DNA from: Lama glama
Taxonomy: Eukaryota
Direction of reading: 5' to 3'
NCBI GenBank assembly: GCA_028534125.1
Contig: CM052817.1
Location: 72,108,001-72,172,000 of the forward strand
DNA length: 64,000 nt
In this document: one piece after another, positions 53,750 through 64,000 of the stretch
Layout of the letters: each line of letters opens with the position of its first letter
Position numbering within the stretch: position 1 is the stretch's first letter
Notes under the pieces: generated by a model
What the model saw: only the letters and a program-made list of their open reading frames with translations
Database searches by the model: none
Told to the model about the DNA's origin: nothing
Made by a program: the position numbers and the translations under genes

Positions 53750-54800
53750 ATTGTTTTAATATTTCTATTATTTCTTTGAGAATTTCCTACCTTTTTGTCT
53801 CTATTAGTATTGTGCTAGTAATCTTGAATTGGCCCTTTCATATTTTGTTTTTTCTTTCATATTTAGAATCTTACGTTTTTCTCTATAATCTTGCACATTT
53901 CCTTGACTGTTATTTCCTTGTCTTTTAATTGAAATTTTTCATTTCAGAGACCATATTTCACTCCCCACCAGCTTTCTCTTATAATTGTGTAATTTCCTTT
54001 ATATAGCTTCCTATTCTTGTTTTGTGAGTGTAATGTTTTCTTGAACCTCCATGAGTGTGTTAATTATAATTCATTAAATGGTCTCTTCTATCTTTGAATC
54101 ACATGTTTAAGTTTTTTTTCTATAAATTTATAGAGATCCTTCTCTTCTATGCTGTTCATTTCTCTTATTTGTATGAAAACACTTGGTTATCTGTTTATGT
54201 TTAAAAAAGAAGTATTGGTCAGTTGGCATGATTTCTTCTGCTAATAGGTAAATAATTCGGTGTGTGGCTACAAATTATTGACTGGCAGGCTTAGTTTTTA
54301 GTTCAGTGAGCAGAGAACGGCTATCAGGTCTCAGGGCTCTCAAAAGTCAAAACAAAGAAGGCTTTATTCACGGCAGTAACTTTCACACTAGAAACCTTGC
54401 CTTAACCCGAGAGGTCCACTGAAACTTGTCAGAGAAGAATCCCCAGGGAATTTCACATAGAAGAGATCCACTCTGAATTTTGGAAGTTCTGCCATTTGGA
54501 GGTGCAGATTGGTGAACTGTTCCATGTACAGGTCTTCACTTAACATCCCTGTTTTCATCCTCCTTATTGTTTGCTCTGGATGTAACTTCTGGGCTTCCCA
54601 GTGGCACATGGCTCCCACCTCCCTTTCATTATAATCCTTCACAGCAGGTCTTGGGCTCAAATATCCTCATATAGTTTCAGCCACTCATTAGCTTTCATAA
54701 CTCTTTGTGTTTCAGAAATGAGTCACAATTTCTTGTCCCCTGGTGACTCAAAACTTTCTCCACTTTCAATCTCTTTCTGGTTATGAGATTTTTATTTGTA
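53750..54800 (-). mobile_element. Old L1M 5'/ORF1-region fragment, antisense
   Basis: T-rich plus strand with tttttcatttcaga…tttctctt…tcttgttt pattern typical of antisense old L1. Confidence 0.55.
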
Positions 54801-56762
54801 TTTCTTACAGCTCTACAACATACAATGCATGGCTAGGTCTGTACATGGAAGAAATGGCTCTATCTGTTTATATGTAGCAAATTCTGTCACTATTATAACT
54901 ATTGAGATCATCATATTTTTCTTTGTAGCTTTCCATTTGGGTGAACATGATATGATCCCCTTGGGTCTATACCAATTAAAAGAACAAGGTCCCTTGTGTC
55001 TAAATGGAAATCCATTTTCACGAAGAGAACCATATTTACTATAGTCAGTATTAAAATTCATATGAAGGTGAAATTGGATGAGCAGGACTTCAGTTCAACG
55101 GTGTTTGGTGAAAATACTCATTCTCTGTGGAACATAGTGAAATGTGTTAAGTAAATAAAAGGTCTTGTTTTCCTTTAGTGGCATTATGATGATTACTTAC
55201 TATGGGGCATTTTCATTACTAACACATGTTTGTTGCTTTTTGATTTGTTAAGTGTATATGATTCAGCATCATTTTCTCTAACACAAGATGACGAGAAAAC
55301 CCTCAGACCACAATGGTTTCTGCTGGGATATCTTCTCAAAGTATTTGCATTTGTCAACAAAGGGTGGCATATTAAAGAAAAAAGTAGGAGAGACTTTTTC
55401 CTCATAATAAAGTGTAAATAACTCATAAATATTCTCCAAAATAACTATCACAATTCAGTTTTCCTTAGAAAAGTTTTGTGACGTTGAAGGAAATTTTCGT
55501 TTTTGTTCTTTTTCCATTTTCTAACATTTAGACTATCAGCATATACTTTCTTTGAGGAAATTGCATTTCGTTATTTCACTACTAATTTGAATTGACAGCA
55601 TATGTTTACTCTAATTACAAGTTGCTTCTCTAATCTAAACATTGATGGTCAGCATATCTCAGCATCTTGAAAGGTAGATAAACCCAAATGAATTGGAAAG
55701 TTTTAGATACAGATTAGCCTCCTCTTACATCTTTTCAATATTATTTAGGTGACTGAGACATTTAAATTATCTTAATTTAAAGTTTCCTTAATGTTCATTT
55801 CACCCAGTCTGAGGTACGTCTCAGACCCTTCTTAGACTCCTGAGTGTTCCTTGCCAGGTGGTCAGTTCTCTGGGTCCTGCAGAAGAAGTCTTATTAACCT
55901 GGACGCCCAGACACTTGCCTCCCTGGGCTACTTTCTACTTCCCCAGGGCAGGAGATGGTCAGGCATGCATGGGGGACTTGAGAGCTGTAGTCCTTTTGCT
56001 CTCCAAAATGTTACAGATTAAGTGAAATGATTTAAAAAACTCTGGTGTGTGTTTTCAATACCATGGCCATATATAACTTTATTTTAGACACTGATACAAC
56101 CAAAGTTCAGGAACAAGCTGAACTTCTGTGCTTCACTTTATATTATATCACATAATATATGTTACATATTAGACTTTCATAAGAAAACATTGACACTAAA
56201 TGTGGTGTTATAATGTATATTTCTTATGTTGTCATTTTTCTGCATTCATATTTTAATGCAGAAAATCCCTTTCTAATCCCTTTCTTGGGAAGAAGAAAGC
56301 TTTGTTCTGATATTATGTTCTTAATTTGGGGAATTAAAATACCACATGCTCTTTTGTTTATAAAAGGGTGATCAGGGTAGATGGTAGTTTTTATTTCTGT
56401 TTACTTTAATGCTATTTTGTAATAACATTAAAAATAACAACTCAATATGAGACTATCTCTTTTCCTTTAATCTGTCATTTGCAAGCATGGCAAAGTATGC
56501 ATATGTTGGTAGTCAAAGTCCAAGTGACTTGTCCAGCGTTCTTAGGATTCTTTCCTTCCCTTAAATTTCCTCCTGCAGTTCCAGAAAGCAGACATGAAGC
56601 ACTCTTCTAGATTTCCTGAGTGCCTGTTTGGGGCCTGGTGTCTGTACATCCTATCTGATGACATTTAGTCACTCTAATTTCAGGTGGGTAGGAGATCTGG
56701 GAAGCATTTTGTGCTATAGGATGGGTTCATGGGTCTTATATATATGCATATAAAACCCATGA

Positions 56763-56802
<40 letters not shown>
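56763..56802. repeat. (ATCT)10 perfect tetranucleotide STR
   Basis: Ten uninterrupted units. Confidence 0.97.
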
Positions 56803-56803
<1 letters not shown>

Positions 56804-56959
56804 ATCTTCCAATTCAATTCATTTTTCTTGCTATCTTTCCTATGTTGTCTTCCTACCTTTTTCTTCCTCGTTCCTTTGAAGAGCTCCAGAATATCAGGAA
56901 AGCAATTCTCACTCTTTTGTAACTAGATTCCCAGCCTAGGTTTATTTTTTTTTTTCCAG

Positions 56960-57003
56960 TTGAGTCACTACTGGATTTCTAGGAGTCAAAGTGTTATATT
57001 ACG
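56960..57003 (+). other. Candidate 44-nt exon
   Basis: Long T tract plus CCAG|T … ACG|GTAAGT. Confidence 0.35.
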
Positions 57004-58479
57004 GTAAGTGTAAAATATTTCTAATTAAATTTTCATTTTGAACGATTCTATGAATATAAAAAGCGATTGTTTTTACATTCAGATTCAAAGTTATCAAAAT
57101 CTGACAGGGTAACAGATTACAAAAATCTACTCAACTTCATATTCAGTGGACAGTGATTGGACCCAATGTTGGCTCATTAGCTAGGACTCTGATCTCTAGT
57201 TCAAAACCTCATTTGAGAACTCTTGTACTAATAGACCCACTCTGAGGTCTTTGCATCTAAGATTCTGGACTTGGATTGTGTCCTCTGCTTTCTCATCAGC
57301 CTCCATTCTTAAGTAGTCGAGCTTCTGCATTTTGTACCAGTGGAAGCTTCTGGGTGGTTCCCAAAAGAGACATAGGCAAATCTCCCTGCGATATCTATTC
57401 CAGAGATCACAGAGGCATGGGAAACTGAGACGAATGTCTACAGAAATGAGACAAGATCATAAAATGATTGTGAAACAGACATAGAAAGTATTTTCAGCCG
57501 TTGACCCCACTCAAAAATCCGGTAGCATCTGGTGACTAAAGTACACATCCAGTTTGCAAACCCCAGAGGGAAAGAGTAAATCCTCTCTTTCGGTTCAGAT
57601 GCCTGAACCCCTAGACCCTACAATTGTCTGCTCAGCTGTCTTTGGCAGTTCCTCACCTTGGAAACTGAGTAAAGTTTGTACCAGGTGTATCAAGTTGGTC
57701 TTCCACACCATTAGCACAAAGGAAGTTATTAACTTGTATACATTGTTTATCCATTTGATTTTTCTATTTAACATTAATTATAAATAAATGAATTAAAATA
57801 TAGTTTCCTTAAGAGTTTTTTTTTAAGACTTTAATAAAGACGTCTTCTCTACTGTTTCATAGCAGTGATAAACCTCCCAGGGTAAATGGTGCCAAATGGG
57901 ACAGGTATTCTTAAGCTTGCATGTGTGATGCTGCTATCTTTTTATCTATCAATCATTTTTCTCCTTTAAAGAGACCTGTTATATTAAGTAAGCTAATAAA
58001 AAAAGGCATGGCTTTATTTTCTAAAAAACAGGAGAGGCATCAGCGGCTCCCCACTATGCCTTAGATATTAGCAATAAAACAGCACCTTGCTCATGACACT
58101 CATCTCCATCTTTTAAGTGAGATACATCACCAAGTACAAGAAAGGGCTCTCAGCCACTGAGATCACATGCTTAATGTTTTCAGAGATATAATATAATATA
58201 AATGCCATTTGGTATTTGACATGTTTATTTAAAAAATGCACCAGATTTTAACAAGTGAGTTCCTGGACTAGATGATCTCTAATAATGCTTCCAGGCCTTC
58301 AGTTTTATGTGTTTATGTGACATTGCTAACACAGACTTTCATGTGTCTCTGATTCAAAATTATCTTGTTAGGACTCTGACTGTTTTTAAAAGTATGCAGT
58401 CACCCCAGAGAGGTTGTATCAGCTTTTTAAATAAACTACCCAGCAACCAAAATTTACATTCTGTTGGTAAATTTGCCAG

Positions 58480-59040
58480 GAAGACCATTTCACTTGTTTA
58501 TATTATGTCATAATCCCTGTTTTTCCTCATTCACAGTTTATTACAAAATATCACTTCAGGGCATTTGTATGTGGTGCTGGAATCGGTGGATATCACTGTG
58601 CAGGGCTAATACGTCTAACCTCTCTGCCAGACTTTGGAAATCAATGTTCATTTCACGCTGCCCCCCCGCCTCCCCGGTACTGCTCAACAAATACCAATGC
58701 CAAGAGAGATGACCCCTTTTAATTCCTTAATATAGGCCACAGTTCTCTTTGATTTATAGACGACTGGTAGTCTATTTATAAAATATGTATCTGCAAGACG
58801 CAGTTTATGAGAAACTTGGCTTTGGGGACACATTAATTCTAACTGCAGATGCAACTTTCATGTTTTATAATCTGACCCTGACAGCTGTAATTTCAGATTA
58901 AAGATTTTTCATTCACATTCCCATCCTGATTGCTCTGCATGGTCCTTATATTACCTTATTGTCAATAGCAAGTGTTCACTCTATTGGGAGTCATTTAATA
59001 ACCAGCTGCCATTTAAAGTGTGGACCGAACATTTGTCTCA
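58480..59040. promoter_or_regulatory. Candidate conserved enhancer
   Basis: TAATCTGA 58868-58875, TGACAGCTGT 58879-58888, TCAGATTA 58893-58900; TTTATGA and CATTAAT motifs; retained CpGs. Confidence 0.45.
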
Positions 59041-59579
59041 GCCAGGCCCTCTCTAGTAGAGTTCCTCAGCATACGGAGCTGGGACCTCTTCAAGAAAAAC
59101 AACAGCTGGCCTTCACTATTGTCCTGTCTTTTCCTTCTTCGTGGTGGCTAGTTAAAATAAACATGGACACTCTTGGTGTATTTCTGAATGCATTTGCGAG
59201 TTTGTTGTTTTAGTAACCAAATCGTCCTCTCCATCAGTCCCTCATCCCCAATCCCTTATCCCACCCTGACCCCCATCGACTTTGGGTCGGGCTTTCGTTC
59301 TTTTCTGAGTTCCATAAATATATATTCCTCTTCAAGTCACTTGCATTGGTTACTGAGAATCGATCAACCAAGACTGAAGGTTTAGTGGACATCATAAAAC
59401 ATCTTCTTTTTGGAAGGCTAATGTAACTGTTTTTACAGATTATGTTTGTCAGTGATGATACTGTAATTAAAATACTATTAATGATAAAAATAAGACAATT
59501 TTCTGGAAACATAATTATAAATCTTGGCTTGTCTATAAAATCTTTGAGATCCATGCTTGATATATGAAAATGTATTCAT

Positions 59580-59900
59580 GATTGGTAATGTTTTTATTTA
59601 GCGTCTACCTTTAAATTTCCTTAACTTGACAGCTGGGGATTAGCTTCTTCAGCAGGCAGTGGAGAAGGAAATAAAAATGAAAAGCAAAGGAAAGCTTTAA
59701 AAAAAAAAAACGGACCCTTTCATGGCTAATTAAGCCAGAATACAAATCAATCATTGGAAATAAGTGATGAATTTTTTATGCTTGTAAGCTTACTGTACCC
59801 TGTAGTGTTTGCTATACACTGAAATTACAATTCCCATCAGCTTATAGGGTAATCGTTTACCTTAAGCTTTACCTTTATCTATCATATTGATCTGAGACTC
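59580..59900. promoter_or_regulatory. Candidate conserved enhancer
   Basis: TGACAGCTG 59627-59635, GGATTA 59637-59642, GGCTAATTAAGCC 59724-59736, AATCAATCA (PBX-type) 59745-59753. Confidence 0.4.
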
Positions 59901-61267
59901 TCAGGGAAGGAGAGGAAGGCGGGTGGTCATAGTAAGTACAAGGAGTAAAAATGTCCCAGCTGAGAAACATTGGGACCTCTGTCTTTATTTATTTACTTTT
60001 CTCATTTCATTTTAACTCTTAGGAAGTATCTCAGTCCTAAGTCCTCAGGCAAATTTAGTCATAGTAAGTAGGGGAGGGAGTGGTGGCCCTTGCAGGAGCC
60101 ATATGGTGGTGGACTGAGTGGCCGACTCTCCAATGAGTTACGTCCCAGTTACCTGCTCCCTAGCTTAACACCAACTACGCGTCAGGTTTTGGACCGTACC
60201 ATCAACAGTTACGGGGAAACGGTTGCAATGTAAGAATCATACTACAATATTAAAGTATTAAATTAAGGTTGATATTCTTTTTTTCTGATTATTTTCTAAT
60301 AGTTGAGTTCTCAGCCACACCTAGGTGTAATTTATTTTCTGGGTAGGCTATAATAACACATTGTTTTCCTGGAGCATCAGGCTGACTTTTCACACAATGA
60401 CAGGGTTTTTCTTTCTACAAATGTCACATGCGTATCACAAGGGGTCATTTAGACCTCTCAACTGGCTCTTGACTTTTGCACTGAGAAAATATGACAGCAC
60501 ACTAAGTTTCTAATATAAAAATATGTTGACTTTAGGAATATATATATACATATAGAAATGTCTAAAAATTTTGTCAAAGAAAGAACATGAACTGTTTCAT
60601 AGACATGAGGTAAGATGTAAGGAAGTGGCTGACTTAAAACCAAATGAGTGACAATAAAACTCAAAATACGATCACATCCACTTAGTAAAAGAAAACTGCA
60701 GACCTAAACGTTCCCTCTTGCCAAAGTGAGATTCACACACTGGCTCTTACAAGTAAATGTGACTTCTTCTCTAGAGCCAAAGTAAGTGCTGTAACCGAGC
60801 TCTTGGACTCTCCACCCTCGGAGATGCTGACGTCTCTGATCCACCCTCAGCCTGGTGACGTTGCCCCGGGGCTTCCAGGCCTTCTCCGGGCTGTCTTCGT
60901 GCACTTCATATGTTAGCCACTCCCAGAGTGAAAGAGCATCGTCCAAAACTCGGCCCAGCTCTCTGATGTGTCATTATCCGAGGGCAGCAGTAAAGGATTA
61001 GGCCAGCTGCATCCCCCACAAGAGCCTGCGGCCTGAAACATCTGCATTTCAAATACAGCTCGAGATGAATAATAAATCGAGATGTCTCTGCCTTAAATTG
61101 GAAAAGAGGTCCCATGACTAATCATGCCTAGAAGAGCACTAGTCTTAGAGTTTAGGAAAAAAAATTAAGGCATCTTCATTGTCCGCCTCTGCCCTTTAGC
61201 GCATACCTGCAGATGGCTGAATACAACTGAGAAAGCAGTTGTTTTAAGGAAGGTCACGGATACTTAC

Positions 61268-61361
61268 CTTCAGTTTCCCCCCTTGTTTCATTAAAAAGAA
61301 AAAACCAAAACAAGTTATTATTCAAAAAAATAAAGCAGGGAGAGTGCAGCACAGAAAAATC
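61268..61361 (-). other. Candidate 94-nt minus-strand non-coding exon
   Basis: Minus strand: TGTTTGTCTGCCTGTTTCTAG|G … GAAG|GTAAGTA. Confidence 0.3.
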
Positions 61362-62019
61362 CTAGAAACAGGCAGACAAACAACACAGAAGTGGAATAAA
61401 AAATTCAAAAGGACCAGGCCTCGGGGTGCTGGCTGTCACCCTGTTTACTATAAACAAAGTAGGGAGGCCTCTGGACGCTAATGGGGCTGTTGATTGGTGT
61501 TTACTCATCCCAACAGGATCTGGTTTCTGATAATCTAGGACTTCTGCATTTTGATGAGTGTAGGCTGCTGGAGAACTAGTGAAGCCCACTGAAAGGAGGG
61601 GGAGAGAGGCTTGTAGGCGCTTCGTGGCTAGGCTGAGCTGAAAGACTGTTTATTTAGAATTCCTCCCAAGTCCTCTAGGACCCTAGCAAGGGCTGCAGAA
61701 GTCAAATTCCCCAAAGCCCTGTGTATCTTTGTCGAAGTATCTGGTTGATGAAAGACTAACTAAGAAATCTACCACATTCTTTAAAGGAGAACAGGGCGTT
61801 TTATCTCACATTTGTTTTTTCCTTTAATACAGTGAGTTTTGATTGAGCATCATTTAAACACAAGCCATTTCAAGTCGAACCTGGATAAGTACAATTCTTC
61901 ACATTTTCTCTAATAGTACATTTTTCAGGAAAAAAATCAAATGTAATTCATGCTTTTTGACATGTTAGTATTCTTTGCTTTCATGAGCCTTCTAGGTTTA
62001 AGATTTTATTTCTCCTGAA

Positions 62020-62541
62020 GTTTTATTCAGATATAATTGATTTAAAGCATTGTATTAGTTTAAAGTGTACAACATAATGAATTGATACTTGCAAATATTG
62101 CAAAATGATCACCACAATAACTTTAGTTAATATCCATCACTTCATGTAGTTACAATTTTTTTCTTCTCATGAGCTCTTTTAAGATCTACTCTTCTGGGAT
62201 GAGGGTATTGCTCAGTATAGAGCGCGTGCTTAGCATGCACGAGGTCCTGGGTTTAATCCCTAGTGCCTCTGTTAAATAAATAAGTAAAAAACTTAATTAC
62301 CTCTCCCCCAAAATTTAAAAACAAAAACAAACAAAAGAGATCTACACTTAGCAACTTTCAAATGTACAATACAGTATTGTTAACTATAGTCATGCAGTAC
62401 ATTATATCCCCAGAACATTTATTTTATAACTGGAAGTTATAAGGACCTCCTTCACTCATTTCCTCTACCCCGGTCCCCCATCTCTGGCAACCACTGATCT
62501 GTTCTCTGTTCTATGAATTCAGTTTAGATTCCACATATAAA
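62020..62541 (-). mobile_element. L1MA9-like 3'UTR fragment, interrupted by a SINE
   Basis: tgcaaaatgatcaccacaata…tagttaatatccatcac; ttagcaactttcaaat…taactatagtca; tagattccacatataa. Confidence 0.9.
62196..62337 (+). mobile_element. Young tRNA-derived SINE (camelid vic-1-like)
   Basis: gagggtattgctcagtatagagcgcgtgcttagcatgcacgaggtcctgggtttaatccc (A/B-box head), A-rich tail, TSD agatctactctt / agatctacactt. Confidence 0.9.
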
Positions 62542-63409
62542 TCCCTTAGAGTTTCAGGTTTAAGCAGATAACAAGACTATTTTGACAAGTTCTGCCACAT
62601 CAGATAGAGGTGCCTTAGTTATGAGTAAGCGCCCATGAAAAATTGTATTCCCCTGATTTCTACTTAGGGTGGTTGCTCTGGATAAGAAATATGACTCTGG
62701 ATGCTTAATCTGATGATTTCAACCATTTGTGATCTGACAACCATTGATTATGTGATTGCAAACTTAGGACCATGAAGATGGTATATGCAGTAACGGCACT
62801 GTACAAACTCAGAGATGCTGCCGTTACACCAGCAAGCGATGATACCTAGTAGCTATTTGATCTTGTCATAATTGTTTCTTTTCTGTCTCCAGCTGAATTA
62901 CCGTCATTCTGCTCCTCTACCAAAAGAAATAAGACTCTGACTTTCTGTTTATTAAATTAGGCTTTGCTGAGGATAACATTTTTGGTTAAAATGCAAAATT
63001 TGAAAACACATTGATTTGTTATAATGTCAGTAGCTTTGATGAATGTATTTTAAGCTTGCTGTGTTTTGAGAAAAATGTCTCACATTCCTTATCGTTTTGT
63101 TATTATATTTTTATCATTCATCATCAAACTCTTTAGTCAAGTTTAGCATATTATTTCTATTCCAGAATATGTTTTTTTAAATGTTATAGATTATAAAATG
63201 ATGATATGTAAGCAGTGTGAGATATAATAGCTCTCATTCTGTTTCTCACTTTTTAGCCCAGATTGATGTTTTATGAAGATCAAATACATATATCACCATC
63301 TCTTCTTAGTCACTGTTAGCTTTTGAGCACTGATAGAAATGGACAATGGCAAACCAGCCATTCAAAATATAAATTGTTTACTGATGGTATAAAAATGTAT
63401 TAAGCTTAT

Positions 63410-64000
63410 CTATTAATCTATCAAATGTTTATTGAGTGCCTGCCATATATCAAATATAGCGAAAGGTATTGTAAAAATTATAGAAAAAATAGAATATTTT
63501 CAGGGCTTTCTAGGAAATTATACTCACATGAGACAGACTTGATACAGGAAACAGTTGGATAAAACAGAAAGCACATACGTGTGTGCTGGGATATGTTGTC
63601 TGGCTGACTCACAAGATGGGAATTCAGTGATGAGCTTGAGCTAGGAAGGACAAGTTGTCTGTAAGAAGTAGAGCTTGAAATGAACCTTAAAGAAAAGCCT
63701 GAAATTAGATATAGAAGAGGGAGAGAAAAAGTAGAAAGTCATGCATGATGTGTGTTCAGAAGCCAGCAATTAGTCTGAAGAAAGGAGCTAGTTTTAAGGA
63801 AAAGCATTTGGATGGCTAGAAGAATTGAAATCCAGGAACAGAATTTTGATTCCAATGTGGTAAGTGAGAGGGAGCCACTGGTGGCTTTTGAGCAGAGAGG
63901 GAAAATTCCATAAAATCCGCAAAATAATTGAATAAAGGAAAATCTAGGGCCAGTGAATAGGAGGGTTTAAGCAAGGATGGGCAATGGAGATGGAGAAAAA
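63410..64000 (-). mobile_element. L2 3' region, running off the window end
   Basis: caaatgtttattgagtgcctgc; gagcttgaaatgaaccttaaaga; gggagccactggtggcttttgagcag. Confidence 0.8.

Noticed and set aside
62196..62270. tRNA gene
   Set aside because: Degenerate cloverleaf with a poly-A tail and TSD, so it is a SINE head
1..64000. CRISPR arrays, operons, prokaryotic defence systems, rRNA or known miRNA genes
   Set aside because: The sequence is mammalian non-coding DNA; I saw no regular repeat-spacer array and recognised no such RNA gene

Overview
AT-rich, CpG-poor mammalian genomic DNA, most likely camelid: a young tRNA-derived SINE at ~62.2 kb and an L1 3' end at ~53.5 kb resemble camelid/artiodactyl elements as I recall them. 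I found no recognisable protein-coding exon or functional RNA gene. The listed ORFs are chance ORFs or decayed Tigger1/L2/L1 sequence. The window reads like a very large intron or gene desert. Repeat clusters (about 18.8-32.9, 42.6-46.9, 51-54.8 and 62-64 kb: L1, L2, MIR, MER5, an ERVL-like LTR, Tigger1) alternate with long repeat-poor unique stretches. Those stretches carry homeobox/MEIS/PBX/TCF-motif-rich blocks that look like conserved developmental enhancers. Also present are several candidate non-coding or poison exons with strong splice signals, a candidate recursive splice site and ancient palindromic elements. I see no convincing evidence of a new biological system. The best leads are splicing and cis-regulatory. 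Repeat family names come from recalled consensus sequences, no search was run, and most repeat boundaries are approximate.
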